DNA of 64,000 bases from Candidatus Omnitrophota bacterium (GTDB lineage Bacteria > Omnitrophota > Gorgyraeia > Gygaellales > Profunditerraquicolaceae): assembly GCA_030650425.1 (NCBI GenBank), contig JAUSED010000012.1, positions 905 through 64,904 of the forward strand. Direction: 5' to 3'. The notes under the pieces were generated by a model. That model did no database searches. It saw only the letters and a program-made list of their open reading frames with translations, and was not told the DNA's origin. Both the position numbers and the translations under genes were made by a program. Shown here piece after piece: positions 36,701 to 47,135 of the stretch; the first letter of the stretch is position 1, and every line of letters starts with the position of its first letter.

Positions 36701-37891
36701 ATGAAAACGGAATTATTTATCAGCTGGCGTTACCTGACTACCAAGAGAAAAGAAAAATTTATTTCCCTGATCAGCGTTATTTCGATTCTGGGGATAGCTA
36801 TCGGAGTGATGGCCTTAATCATCGTTATCGCGGTGATGTCCGGATTCGATAAAGACTTGCATGATAAGATCGTCGGGAACTATTCGCATATCAATTTGAC
36901 CAGTTTTAAGGCAATAGAGAGCGGTGAATACGCCGATATTTTGAAGAATATTTCCGCTAACGCGCATGTAAAAGGGGCCAGCCCATATATACAGGGCCAG
37001 GTATTGATCAAAGAAGGTAACCGTTATTTTGCCGTTGGCCTAAGAGGAATCGATCCGGCTACCGAAAACAAAGTAACCAAAGTCAAAGAATACATCCGGC
37101 AGGGAAATATCGATGATTTAAAAGAGAACGCTATTATTATCGGCAAAGAGCTGGCTGGATATATGGGTTTAGAATTGAATTCAACGTTAAACCTTTATTC
37201 GCCTTTAGGCAAGCCTTACGCCTTAAAAATTGTCGGGATTTTTAATTCCGGAATGTATGACTATGATCTTAATTTGGTTTTTACGAATTTAAAGAGCGCG
37301 CAAGATATTTTTGGCCTGCCTAATCAGCTAACCGCGGTAGCCATCAAACTGGATAATCCGGATTTGGCGCCTCAAGTGAGGGAGGATTTGTATAGCCGCC
37401 TCGGCTTTAATTATAACCTTAAAACTTGGATGGAAGCCAACCAGAATTTTTTCGCGGCGTTAAAATTAGAAAAATTGACCATGTTTATCATCTTAACCCT
37501 GATCATTCTGGTCGCCTCTTTTAATATTATCAGTACGTTGATCGTGATGGTTGTTGAGAAGACCAAGGACATCGGCGTCTTGAGGGCGCTGGGGATGAGC
37601 GCTCAAGGCATCAAGAAAATATTTACTTATCAGGGCCTGATCATCGGAACGCTGGGCACGGGCTTAGGCGGTTTAGCCGGAATAACTTTGTGTTTCCTGC
37701 TCAAGAAATATCAATTTATAAAATTGCCGCAGGATATATATTATATCGACCGGCTGCCTGTAAGCATACAGCTTTGGCCGGATATGGTTTTAATTATATT
37801 ATCGGCTTTGGTGATTATTTTAGTTGCGACCATCTATCCGGCAACCCGGGCAAGTAAGTTAAAACCGGTAGAAGCGCTTAGATACGAATAA
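36701..37891 (+). CDS. Lipoprotein-releasing system permease, LolC/LolE-like (FtsX/MacB family)
   Basis: N-terminal TM, large periplasmic domain, and a C-terminal FtsX-like 3-TM module. Adjacent to the lolD-like ATPase. Confidence 0.8.
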   Translation: MKTELFISWRYLTTKRKEKFISLISVISILGIAIGVMALIIVIAVMSGFDKDLHDKIVGNYSHINLTSFKAIESGEYADILKNISANAHVKGASPYIQGQVLIKEGNRYFAVGLRGIDPATENKVTKVKEYIRQGNIDDLKENAIIIGKELAGYMGLELNSTLNLYSPLGKPYALKIVGIFNSGMYDYDLNLVFTNLKSAQDIFGLPNQLTAVAIKLDNPDLAPQVREDLYSRLGFNYNLKTWMEANQNFFAALKLEKLTMFIILTLIILVASFNIISTLIVMVVEKTKDIGVLRALGMSAQGIKKIFTYQGLIIGTLGTGLGGLAGITLCFLLKKYQFIKLPQDIYYIDRLPVSIQLWPDMVLIILSALVIILVATIYPATRASKLKPVEALRYE

Positions 37892-37900
37892 TGGATAAAA

Positions 37901-38575
37901 GTGTTAGAAGCTAAGAATATACATAAAGTTTATCATGATGGAAAGCGAGAACTCGCTGTTTTAAGAGGGGTAAGCCTGAGGATCGAAGAAGGCGCCCTAG
38001 TTGCTATTGTTGGGCCGTCAGGCGCGGGTAAGTCAACCTTATTACATATTTTAGGCGGATTAGATATTCCTACGCAAGGAGAGATTCTCTTGCGGGGAAA
38101 GAATATTTATAACCTTAGCGACACGGAGCTCTCGCGTATAAGAAATGAAAAGATTGGATTTGTTTTTCAGTTTTATCATTTGCTCGGCGAATTTACGGTT
38201 CTAGAGAATGTGCTTATGCCCGCGCTGATTGGCTCTAAGCTCCAAGCCCCAAGCCTTAAACTCCAAGAGAGGGCCTTAGAACTCTTGAATACGGTAGGAT
38301 TAAGCGAACGGGTTACTCATTTGCCCAATCAGTTATCCGGCGGAGAAAAGCAGAGGGTGGCGATTTGCCGCGGCCTGATCAATAAGCCGGGCCTGCTTTT
38401 TTGCGATGAGCCTACCGGCAACCTTGATTCTCAATCCGGCGAAGAAATTATCGCTTTAATTAAGCAGATTACCCGGGAAAATAAAATGACCGTGGTTTTG
38501 GTGACGCATAACGCGGAATTGGCTAAGTTAACGGATAAGGTGTATCAGCTTAGAGACGGAGTATTAGTGAATTAA
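37901..38575 (+). CDS. lolD: Lipoprotein-releasing system ATP-binding protein LolD-like
   Basis: Walker A 'GPSGAGKST', signature 'LSGGEKQRV', Walker B 'LFCDEPTGNLD'. Confidence 0.8.
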   Translation: MLEAKNIHKVYHDGKRELAVLRGVSLRIEEGALVAIVGPSGAGKSTLLHILGGLDIPTQGEILLRGKNIYNLSDTELSRIRNEKIGFVFQFYHLLGEFTVLENVLMPALIGSKLQAPSLKLQERALELLNTVGLSERVTHLPNQLSGGEKQRVAICRGLINKPGLLFCDEPTGNLDSQSGEEIIALIKQITRENKMTVVLVTHNAELAKLTDKVYQLRDGVLVN

Positions 38576-38627
38576 CACCCGGCCTTATCGGATAGGCCGG
38601 TGTGCGCTTCTGCGCAAGGGGGATAGA

Positions 38628-39497
38628 ATGAAAATCTATATCAACGGTAAATTCTACGAAAAGAACGAAGCAAAGATTTCTGTATTCGACCACGGCCTGC
38701 TTTACGGTGACGGAGTATTCGAGGGAATCCGTTCGTACAATCGCCTGGTTTTTAAGTTGAAGGAGCATATTGACCGCTTATTTGAGTCAGCTAAAAGCAT
38801 TATGCTTACCATACCCTTAACTAAAGAGGAATTGATTAAAGCGGTAATTCTCACTCTAAAAAAGAATAACCTAAAGGATGCCTATATTCGTCTGGTGGTT
38901 ACGCGCGGCGAGGGAGATCTGGGATTGGACCCGCGTAAATGCCGGGGAAATGCCACAATTTTTATTATTGCCGATAAAATCGCTTTATATCCCGATAGGT
39001 TTTACCAAGAGGGTTTAAAGATCGTTACTGTGCCGACAGTGAGGAATCTTCCTGAGGCAGTGAACCCGCAGATCAAATCTTTAAATTATCTGAATAATAT
39101 CTTAGCCAAGATTGAAGCGGCGAATGCCGGATGCGATGAAGCGATTATGCTGGATTATATGGGGTATGTGGCTGAGTGCACCGGGGATAATATCTTTATT
39201 GTTAAGGGCAAGCATCTTTATACCCCTCCACAGTGCATGGGGACATTGCGCGGGATTACGCGGGACGCGGTTTTAGAGATCGCCCGAAAATCAAAAATCC
39301 CGGCGCATGAACACGTGATTACGCGGCATGAAGTTTATATCTCCGATGAATGTTTTCTGACCGGCACAGCCGCTGAGATTATTCCGGTGGTCGTGGTTGA
39401 CGGCAGGGTGATCGGCAGCGGTAAGCCCGGAAAATTGACTTCCTTACTGCTTAAGAAATTTAGGGAGTTGACGAAAAAAGAAGGAGTGAGATACTAA
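38628..39497 (+). CDS. ilvE: Class IV (fold type IV) aminotransferase, branched-chain amino acid aminotransferase-like
   Basis: 289 aa. 'GDGVFEGIR' and the overall class IV pattern. Confidence 0.7.
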   Translation: MKIYINGKFYEKNEAKISVFDHGLLYGDGVFEGIRSYNRLVFKLKEHIDRLFESAKSIMLTIPLTKEELIKAVILTLKKNNLKDAYIRLVVTRGEGDLGLDPRKCRGNATIFIIADKIALYPDRFYQEGLKIVTVPTVRNLPEAVNPQIKSLNYLNNILAKIEAANAGCDEAIMLDYMGYVAECTGDNIFIVKGKHLYTPPQCMGTLRGITRDAVLEIARKSKIPAHEHVITRHEVYISDECFLTGTAAEIIPVVVVDGRVIGSGKPGKLTSLLLKKFRELTKKEGVRY

Positions 39498-39498
39498 T

Positions 39499-39999
39499 AT
39501 GCTTTGCGATATTTGCAAAAAAAACGACGCGACCGTGCATCTGACTGAGATCCTCAATGATCAGATGAGCGAGTTGCATCTGTGCGAAGAGTGCGCGCGG
39601 CAGAAAAGTCTGGCAATGGAGCAGCAATTCGGATTAAATGATCTATTAGCCGGTATGGCTGATTTTGGAAAGCAGGAGAAAGAACCTGAAACCGTCGCGC
39701 ATATTAAGTGTCCGGGCTGCGGCCTAACCTACGCTGATTTCAAGAAAATCGGCAGGCTTGGCTGTGGCGAATGTTACAATGCCTTCAACAAATATCTCGG
39801 GCCGCTCCTGAAGCGCATTCATGGTTCAACCCAGCATACGGGAAAATCTCCGCTTAAGGTGACTAAAGACCTGAAGAAAGAGATGGATATCCAGACATTA
39901 CGTATTCGGCTGCAGAAGGCGATTCAGGCAGAAGCGTTTGAAGAGGCGGCTAAATTGCGCGACCAGATCAAAGAAGCGGAAAAAAAGAAAGAAAAATAA
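39499..39999 (+). CDS. mcsA: McsA-like protein-arginine kinase activator (zinc fingers plus UVR motif)
   Basis: CxxC pairs (CDICKK...CEEC; CPGCG...CGEC). C-terminal UVR-like 'AKLRDQIKEAEKKKE'. Directly upstream of mcsB. Confidence 0.75.
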   Translation: MLCDICKKNDATVHLTEILNDQMSELHLCEECARQKSLAMEQQFGLNDLLAGMADFGKQEKEPETVAHIKCPGCGLTYADFKKIGRLGCGECYNAFNKYLGPLLKRIHGSTQHTGKSPLKVTKDLKKEMDIQTLRIRLQKAIQAEAFEEAAKLRDQIKEAEKKKEK

Positions 40000-40001
40000 C
40001 T

Positions 40002-41054
40002 ATGCAGTTAAATGATTTGTTAAATCATACCAGTGAGTGGCTAAAAGGGACAGGCCCGAATTCCGACATCGTGATCTCAAGTCGCATTCGCCTGGCGCGT
40101 AACCTTGATAAGGCCCGTTTTCCGCATTGGGCGGATAAGGTGCAAGGCAGACAAACTTTGGAGACGATTAAAGAAGGTATCGCCCGGGTGGATTATTTGA
40201 AACGCACGACATTTTTTTATCTAGCGGATGTCGATAATGTAGATAAACAATTTTTGGTAGAGCGGCATCTTATGTCTCTTGACCATGCCCAAAAGCCCGA
40301 GAATAAAGCGCTGGTGGTAGACGATGAAGAGATCATCTCGATCATGATTAACGAAGAAGACCATATCCGCATGCAGGTTATGCAATCAGGGTTCAACCTT
40401 TTTGAAGCTTGGAATATTATCAATATTATCGATGACGGGCTGGCCAAGGAATTGAATATCGCCTTCCTGCCGAATTGGGGTTATCTTACCGCCTGTCCGA
40501 CTAATGCCGGCACCGGGATGCGCGGTTCGGTGATGCTGCATTTGCCGGCTTTGGTGATGACCCGCTCAATCGACCGGGTATTAGCCGCGATTGCCAAACT
40601 GAGTTTTGCCACCCGCGGTCTTTACGGCGAAGGGACGCAGGCAATGGGGAATTTCTTTCAGATTTCTAATCAGGTTTCTTTAGGGCCGAGCGAGAATGAA
40701 ATAATCGAAAGTATAAACGGTTTGATTCGTCAGATCATTGAGCAGGAAAAGCAGGCCAGAGATAATCTGTTGACTAAAAACGGGCCGCTCCTTGAAGACA
40801 GGATCAACCGCAGTCTTGGGATTTTAAAGAGCGCCCGGATTATTTCCAGCCAGGAAACAATCGAATTACTTTCGATGGTCAGGTTAGGCTGTGATTTAGG
40901 GATGGTTAAAGATATTGACCGCCGGGCAATCAACGAATTGTTTATCATTACGCAACCGGCACATTTACAAAAGATAGAAAATATAAAATTATCATCAGAA
41001 GAGCGCGATTTAAAACGGGCGGAACTGATCCGGAACAAACTCAATATTCATTAA
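40002..41054 (+). CDS. mcsB: Protein-arginine kinase McsB (ATP:guanido phosphotransferase)
   Basis: Phosphagen-kinase signature 'CPTNAGTGMRGSV'. Confidence 0.85.
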   Translation: MQLNDLLNHTSEWLKGTGPNSDIVISSRIRLARNLDKARFPHWADKVQGRQTLETIKEGIARVDYLKRTTFFYLADVDNVDKQFLVERHLMSLDHAQKPENKALVVDDEEIISIMINEEDHIRMQVMQSGFNLFEAWNIINIIDDGLAKELNIAFLPNWGYLTACPTNAGTGMRGSVMLHLPALVMTRSIDRVLAAIAKLSFATRGLYGEGTQAMGNFFQISNQVSLGPSENEIIESINGLIRQIIEQEKQARDNLLTKNGPLLEDRINRSLGILKSARIISSQETIELLSMVRLGCDLGMVKDIDRRAINELFIITQPAHLQKIENIKLSSEERDLKRAELIRNKLNIH

Positions 41055-41125
41055 GACTCCGCGCATAGCGCGGAGTTAAACAAGCGCTAAACGCCAGAGG
41101 CAGCGCTTGTTTAAGGGAGGATTTT

Positions 41126-43549
41126 ATGTTTAATCGTTTCACTGAAAGGGCACGTAAGGTAATTATCTTAGCTAAAGAAGAGGCAAGGCGTTTTAACCAT
41201 GATTATATCGGGACCGAGCATATACTTTTAGGGCTTATCCGTGAGGGGGAAGGCGTAGCCAGCGCGGTATTGCAGAAATTGGGCCTCTCTTTAGAAAATA
41301 TCCGGCTTGAGGTTGAGAAATTAGTCCAGCCTGGCCCAAGTACCCAGATTATCGGAGATATTCCTTTTACCCCGCGGGCGAAAAAATCATTAGAGTTGGC
41401 TGCCGAAGAGGCTCGCTCGCTTGGCCACAATTACATTGGCACCGAACATCTTTTACTGGGGCTTATCCGCGAGGGAGAAGGGATTGCTTCACAGGTATTA
41501 TTGAATTTGGGGTTGGATTTAAATACCGTGCGTAATGAAGTAATGGAGTTGTTGGGTTCCGCTCTTCCCGGCGCTCAGGGTATGGCTGGCGCTCAGCAGG
41601 CTAAGAGTAAAACTCCGGCCTTAGATGCCTTTGGACGCGACTTGACTGCTTTAGCTAAAGAGAATAAGCTTGATCCGGTTATTGATCGTACACAGGAGAT
41701 TGAAAGGGTAATTCAAATCTTAAGCCGCAGGACTAAAAATAATCCGGTGCTTTTGGGGGAGGCAGGCGTAGGAAAGACCGCGATTGTCGAAGGTTTGGCG
41801 CAATTAATTATCGCTGGGAACGTCCCGGAACTTTTACGCGGCAAACGGTTGATTACTTTGGATTTGGCTTTAATGGTCGCCGGAACTAAATATCGCGGGC
41901 AGTTTGAAGAAAGAATCAAAGCGGTGATGGAGGAGATCAAGCGTTCGCAGGATGTGATTATTTTTATCGATGAGTTGCATACCTTGGTTGGGGCGGGGGC
42001 GGCTGAAGGCGCGATTGACGCCTCAAATATCTTAAAACCCGCGCTTTCGCGCGGCGAGATGCAGTGCATCGGCGCGACCACCATGGATGAATATAGGAAA
42101 TATATAGAGAAAGACGCGGCCTTAGAGCGTAGATTTCAGACGATTATGGTTGAGCCTCCGTCAGTAGACCAGACGATTGAAATACTCAAGGGCCTGCGGG
42201 ATAAATATGAGGCCCATCACCGGGTGACCTTCAGGGATGATGCCTTGGGAGCAGCGGCAAAATTATCCGACCGTTATATTTCGGGGAGGTTCCTGCCGGA
42301 TAAGGCGATTGATTTAATCGATGAAACAGGCTCGCGCGCAAGGCTTAATGTCTTGATTGTTCCTCCGGATATTAAAAAATTAGAGGAGAAAGTGGAATCT
42401 TTAAGAAAAGAAAAAGAATCCTTCATTAAAAGCCAGGATTTTGAAAAGGCAGCCTCTTTGCGTGATCAGGAAAGGCAGGCCCGGCAGGAATTAGAGCAAT
42501 TGAATAAGGAGTGGTCGCAGGCTAAGGATAAGACGCGTCCGGAAGTGACGGAAGAGGATATTGCTAAGATTGTCGCCCAGTGGACCGGAATTCCGATATT
42601 TAGGTTAGAAGAAAAAGAGGGCGAAAAATTACTGAAGATCGAAGAAGAGCTGCATAGGCGCGTAGTCGGACAGAATGAAGCGATTGAAGCGATTGCCCAC
42701 GCGGTCAGGCGTTCGCGCGCCGGAATTAAGGATCCGAAAAGGCCCATCGGTTCATTTATATTTTTAGGCCCCACCGGCGTAGGTAAATCCCTGCTTGCCC
42801 GGGCATTGGCGGAATTTATGTTCGGAGATGAGGACGCGTTGATTCAATTGGATATGTCGGAATATATGGAGAAGTTTAATGTCTCGCGTTTAATCGGCGC
42901 TCCTCCGGGATATGTCGGTTATGAAGAGGGCGGACAGCTTACCGAGCGAATCCGGCGCAGGCCGTATGCTGTAATACTTCTGGATGAAATCGAAAAAGCC
43001 CATCCGGATGTATTCAATTTATTACTGCAGGTTTTTGAAGAAGGCAGGCTTACCGATAGTTTCGGCAGGAAGGTTGATTTTCGTAACACCGTGATTATTA
43101 TGACCTCTAACGTCGGAGCAGATCTTATCCGTAAGGCAGGCTCGCTTGGTTTTAAGACGCAAAAAGAAGAGATAACTTATCAGGAGATGAAGGATAAGCT
43201 GCTTGAGGAAGTAAAGCATACCTTTAAACCGGAGTTTTTGAACCGCATCGACGACATTATTGTTTTCAGGCAGTTACTGAAAGAGGACCTCCAGCGGATT
43301 ATCGATATCGAAATCGGCCATGTTTCCGCCAGGCTAAAAGAGCAGAATATCAAATTGGAAGTGGATGCCTCTGCCAAAGAGCTCCTGATTGAAAAAGGCT
43401 TTGACCTTGTATTCGGAGCCCGGCCTCTAAAGAGGACAATTCAGAGGTTCTTAGAAGACCCTTTAGCCTCGGAGATCATCTCCAAAAAATTTAAGGATGG
43501 TTCAGTGGTCAAGGTAACCTGTAAGAATAATGAGCTGATTTTCGTATGA
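41126..43549 (+). CDS. clpC: ATP-dependent Clp protease ATP-binding subunit ClpC
   Basis: Two Clp N-repeats, two AAA+ modules ('GEAGVGKTAI', 'GPTGVGKSLL') and a UVR linker. Confidence 0.9.
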   Translation: MFNRFTERARKVIILAKEEARRFNHDYIGTEHILLGLIREGEGVASAVLQKLGLSLENIRLEVEKLVQPGPSTQIIGDIPFTPRAKKSLELAAEEARSLGHNYIGTEHLLLGLIREGEGIASQVLLNLGLDLNTVRNEVMELLGSALPGAQGMAGAQQAKSKTPALDAFGRDLTALAKENKLDPVIDRTQEIERVIQILSRRTKNNPVLLGEAGVGKTAIVEGLAQLIIAGNVPELLRGKRLITLDLALMVAGTKYRGQFEERIKAVMEEIKRSQDVIIFIDELHTLVGAGAAEGAIDASNILKPALSRGEMQCIGATTMDEYRKYIEKDAALERRFQTIMVEPPSVDQTIEILKGLRDKYEAHHRVTFRDDALGAAAKLSDRYISGRFLPDKAIDLIDETGSRARLNVLIVPPDIKKLEEKVESLRKEKESFIKSQDFEKAASLRDQERQARQELEQLNKEWSQAKDKTRPEVTEEDIAKIVAQWTGIPIFRLEEKEGEKLLKIEEELHRRVVGQNEAIEAIAHAVRRSRAGIKDPKRPIGSFIFLGPTGVGKSLLARALAEFMFGDEDALIQLDMSEYMEKFNVSRLIGAPPGYVGYEEGGQLTERIRRRPYAVILLDEIEKAHPDVFNLLLQVFEEGRLTDSFGRKVDFRNTVIIMTSNVGADLIRKAGSLGFKTQKEEITYQEMKDKLLEEVKHTFKPEFLNRIDDIIVFRQLLKEDLQRIIDIEIGHVSARLKEQNIKLEVDASAKELLIEKGFDLVFGARPLKRTIQRFLEDPLASEIISKKFKDGSVVKVTCKNNELIFV

Positions 43550-44334
43550 TCCTACACGAATTTTTTATCACTGTCGGCGCGCGGATAATCTCCTTTATGT
43601 ATTTCTTGGGAGGTTTGTTTAATCTTTTCGTGCAGACGATGTATCAGATTTTTGTCCCGCCGTATAGGAAAGACCGGATATTCGAACAGGCGAAAAAAGC
43701 GGGCTTTGACAGCCTTCCTATCGTATCGCTTGTTTCACTCTTTATCGGTTTTATCTTCGCGCTCCAGACGGCCTACTTTATGCAGCGTATCGGATCGGAG
43801 ATTTATATCGCCAGTTTAGTCGCGCTCTCGATTGTGCGCGAATTAGGCCCGGTAATCACAGCTCTGGTAGTAGCAGGAAGAGTGGGTGCCGCGATTACCG
43901 CGGAGTTAGGCTCAATGCAGGTTACCGAGCAGATAGACGCCTTGGAAACGCTGGCCAGTAATCCCATAAAGTATCTGGTTGTGCCGAGGTTTCTGGCTTT
44001 AAGTTTAATGCTTCCGCTTCTGACCCTTTACTCCGACGCTATAGGCATCCTGGGAAGCTATATGATTTGCGTGTTTAAACTGGGTATATCTTCGAGTATG
44101 TATCTAAGGGTTACAGCGGAGGCGCTTTTTTATAAAGATTTGTTTACCGGTTTATTTAAGACAATATTCTTTGGGATGATTATCGCCTTAGTTAGTTGCA
44201 TGGAAGGTTTTAACGTCGAAGGAGGAGCAGAGGGCGTAGGAAGGGCGACTACGCGTTCAGTAGTTTTTTCCTTCATTATGATTATTATCGCGGATTGCTT
44301 CTTTACAGCTTTGTTTTATTTTATCTTCCCCTAA
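43546..44334 (+). CDS. mlaE: Mla/ABC-transport permease MlaE
   Basis: 262 aa, 5-6 TM helices, with the MlaE-type motif 'ALVVAGRVGAAITAELGSMQVTEQIDAL'. Confidence 0.8.
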   Translation: MILHEFFITVGARIISFMYFLGGLFNLFVQTMYQIFVPPYRKDRIFEQAKKAGFDSLPIVSLVSLFIGFIFALQTAYFMQRIGSEIYIASLVALSIVRELGPVITALVVAGRVGAAITAELGSMQVTEQIDALETLASNPIKYLVVPRFLALSLMLPLLTLYSDAIGILGSYMICVFKLGISSSMYLRVTAEALFYKDLFTGLFKTIFFGMIIALVSCMEGFNVEGGAEGVGRATTRSVVFSFIMIIIADCFFTALFYFIFP

Positions 44335-44339
44335 AAATT

Positions 44340-45101
44340 ATGATTGAAATAACCGGATTACATAAATCGCTTGGAGCGCATAAGGTCTTAAACGGAGTGC
44401 ATCTTAAAATAGAGAAAGGAAAGACCTGCGTGATTATCGGCCGCTCCGGCTGCGGTAAGTCGGTTTTACTTAAACATATCGTGGGGATCTTAAAGCCGGA
44501 TAAGGGAAAGGTCCTAATCGACGGACAGGACGTGGGGGTATTGGCAGAGAAGGAATTAAACGCGGTGCGTCTGAAGATCGGTTTGGTTTTTCAGGGAGGC
44601 GCGTTATTTGATTCGATGACTGTCGGCGAAAACGTAGGGTTTGGCTTAATTGAGCATGACCATATTCCCCACAAGCAACTTCTTGAGAAGATAGAATCAT
44701 CGCTGTCAATGGTTGGCCTGCACGGGATAGGCAACCTGATGCCTTCGGAGTTAAGCGGCGGAATGCGCAAGCGCGTGGCTTTGGCACGGGCGATTTGCAT
44801 TAATCCTCAGATTATTTTATACGATGAGCCAACTACCGGCGTAGACCCGATTACCGCTGACAGCATTAATGAATTGATTAAAAGTATGCACGACAAATTA
44901 AAGATTACCTCGATTGTCGTGACTCACGATATGAAAAGTGCCTACAAGGTGGCGGATAAGATCGCTATGCTTTATCAGGGGAAGATTATCGCCGAGGGAA
45001 CACCCGATGAGATTCAGCGGACAAAGAATCCGGTGGTACATCAATTTATTAACGGGCTTGCTTTTGGCCCGATAACCGAAACACTCGATCATTCCAGATA
45101 A
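44340..45101 (+). CDS. mlaF: Mla ABC-transport ATPase MlaF
   Basis: Walker A 'GRSGCGKS', signature 'LSGGMRKRV', Walker B 'ILYDEPTTGVD'. ATG at 44340. The ORF-track start at 44295 overlaps mlaE. Confidence 0.8.
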   Translation: MIEITGLHKSLGAHKVLNGVHLKIEKGKTCVIIGRSGCGKSVLLKHIVGILKPDKGKVLIDGQDVGVLAEKELNAVRLKIGLVFQGGALFDSMTVGENVGFGLIEHDHIPHKQLLEKIESSLSMVGLHGIGNLMPSELSGGMRKRVALARAICINPQIILYDEPTTGVDPITADSINELIKSMHDKLKITSIVVTHDMKSAYKVADKIAMLYQGKIIAEGTPDEIQRTKNPVVHQFINGLAFGPITETLDHSR

Positions 45102-45115
45102 CGGAGGGTTAAACC

Positions 45116-45730
45116 ATGATCTTCGGGAAAACAAAATTAGAGATGAAGGTGGGAGTTTTTGTTTTTATCGGTTTAATTATACTGGTAGTTTTTGTCCTTT
45201 CGATAGGAGGGGTGAAGACCTGGACATCCGGCTATAAGGTGAATTTTATTTTTAATTTTGTGAACGGGGTAAAAAATGGCGCTCCGGTGAGGTTTGCCGG
45301 GGTGGATTCAGGGGTGGTCAGGAGCATCAGATTTTTTCGTGATCCTAAAGGGTTAAAAAATAAGGTCCGCGTCACTTGTTGGCTGAATAAGAATGTAAAC
45401 ATACCTTTGGATTCCAAGATCTGGGTAAATACCTTGGGGTTATTGGGAGAAAAGTATATTGAGATTATGCCGGGAGAAGATTGTAACAGGCTTCTTTTGG
45501 CTGGGCAGGAGATGTCCGGCGAAGATCCGCTGCCGATGAATGAGATTATGAAAGATGCCAAGCAGATCACGGATAATCTTAACTTAGGCTTGCAGAGGAT
45601 CGTGGATAAAGAGGGTACCGTCGGCAAACTCTTATTTGATGATAAAATATATAACGAACTTGATGCCTTGGTTACCGATGTCAGGAAAAATCCCTGGAAG
45701 CTTTTGATTAAGACCAAAGAAAAGAAATAA
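45116..45730 (+). CDS. mlaD: MCE-domain substrate-binding protein MlaD
   Basis: N-terminal TM helix plus an MCE domain. Confidence 0.75.
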   Translation: MIFGKTKLEMKVGVFVFIGLIILVVFVLSIGGVKTWTSGYKVNFIFNFVNGVKNGAPVRFAGVDSGVVRSIRFFRDPKGLKNKVRVTCWLNKNVNIPLDSKIWVNTLGLLGEKYIEIMPGEDCNRLLLAGQEMSGEDPLPMNEIMKDAKQITDNLNLGLQRIVDKEGTVGKLLFDDKIYNELDALVTDVRKNPWKLLIKTKEKK

Positions 45731-47124
45731 TGACGCGGATTAAAACTATATTCACCTGCCAGAGTTGCGGTTATCAATCTCCTAAATGGATGGGGAGATG
45801 TCCGGATTGCCAGAGTTGGAATTCTTTTGTCGAGGAGGATTACAGCGAGCCTAGCTCTAAAGTAAAGGAACGCAGCGCGCTATATAAAGACGAGCCGGTA
45901 TTGCTTAAAGATGTGCAGGCCAGAGAAGAAGAGCGGCTGAAGACCGGTATTCTGGAGTTAGATAGGGTTTTAGGCGGAGGCATAGTCAGCGGCTCGGTAA
46001 TTTTGATCGGCGGAGACCCCGGGGTCGGCAAATCTACGATATCTTTACAGGTATCTAATCAGTTGACCAAGCAGGGCTCAACTGTGCTTTATGTAAGCGG
46101 CGAAGAGAGCGTGCATCAGACTAAACTAAGGGCCAAACGGCTTGGTTCGCATGAATCCGACCGCCTTTATATTGTTAATCAAACCGATTTATCTTTAATC
46201 ACCGAGTATATTAAAAAGCTTAAGCCGGAAGTAGTGATTATTGATTCTATTCAGGTAGTTTTTGATCCGGGGATAAGCTCTTCCGCCGGAAGCGTAAGTC
46301 AGGTGCGGGAATGTTCCGGAATGCTGACGCAATTGGCTAAGACTTCCGGGACCTCGATTTTTATCATCGGCCACGTAACCAAAGAAGGCACGCTTGCCGG
46401 ACCAAGGGTCTTAGAGCATATCGTAGATACCGTCTTATATTTCGAAGGAGACAGGTTCTCCTTATTTCGCATTTTACGCGCGGTAAAAAACAGGTTTGGC
46501 TCAACTAATGAAATAGGCGTTTTTGAAATGAGCAGTCAGGGTTTGGCCGAGGTAAAGAATCCATCCGAGATATTTTTATCTGAAAAACCTCAGGATGTCG
46601 CCGGTTCGGTAGTTACTTCCATATTGGAAGGGTCACGCCCGCTCTTAGTTGAAATGCAGTCTTTGGTCAGCCGCTCAAGTTTTGGCTATGCCCGGAGGCG
46701 AGCCCAAGGATTTGATTCTAATCGCCTAAGCCTCTTGGTCGCGGTTTTAGAGAAACGCATAGGATTGGCGTTGGAAACAGAGGATATCTTTGTTAATGTA
46801 GCCGGAGGAATAAAAGTTGAAGATCCGGCAGCTGACCTTGCTTTAGCCATAGCCATCGCATCCGCGTTCCGTGAGCAGTTAGTTATGCCGGCTACGCTTA
46901 TTTTAGGAGAAGTAGGTTTGAGCGGCGAGATCAGAAGTATCTCTCAGATTATGCTGCGCGTTAACGAGGCAGAAAAATTAGGCTTTAAACATTGTATTTT
47001 ACCGAAGAATAATCATAAAAACTTTAAAAATTATAAAGGCGATATCGAATTGATCCCGGTAGCGAATTTAAAAGAAGCATTGGATATCGCCTTAAGCCTG
47101 CAGAGGGTGCCTGTAGGTAAGTAA
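45730..47124 (+). CDS. radA: DNA repair protein RadA/Sms
   Basis: N-terminal C4 zinc finger '[22 protein letters not shown]', Walker A '[10 protein letters not shown]', and a Lon-protease-like C-terminal domain. Confidence 0.9.
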   Translation: MTRIKTIFTCQSCGYQSPKWMGRCPDCQSWNSFVEEDYSEPSSKVKERSALYKDEPVLLKDVQAREEERLKTGILELDRVLGGGIVSGSVILIGGDPGVGKSTISLQVSNQLTKQGSTVLYVSGEESVHQTKLRAKRLGSHESDRLYIVNQTDLSLITEYIKKLKPEVVIIDSIQVVFDPGISSSAGSVSQVRECSGMLTQLAKTSGTSIFIIGHVTKEGTLAGPRVLEHIVDTVLYFEGDRFSLFRILRAVKNRFGSTNEIGVFEMSSQGLAEVKNPSEIFLSEKPQDVAGSVVTSILEGSRPLLVEMQSLVSRSSFGYARRRAQGFDSNRLSLLVAVLEKRIGLALETEDIFVNVAGGIKVEDPAADLALAIAIASAFREQLVMPATLILGEVGLSGEIRSISQIMLRVNEAEKLGFKHCILPKNNHKNFKNYKGDIELIPVANLKEALDIALSLQRVPVGK

Positions 47125-47135
47125 GGAGGAAAGTA

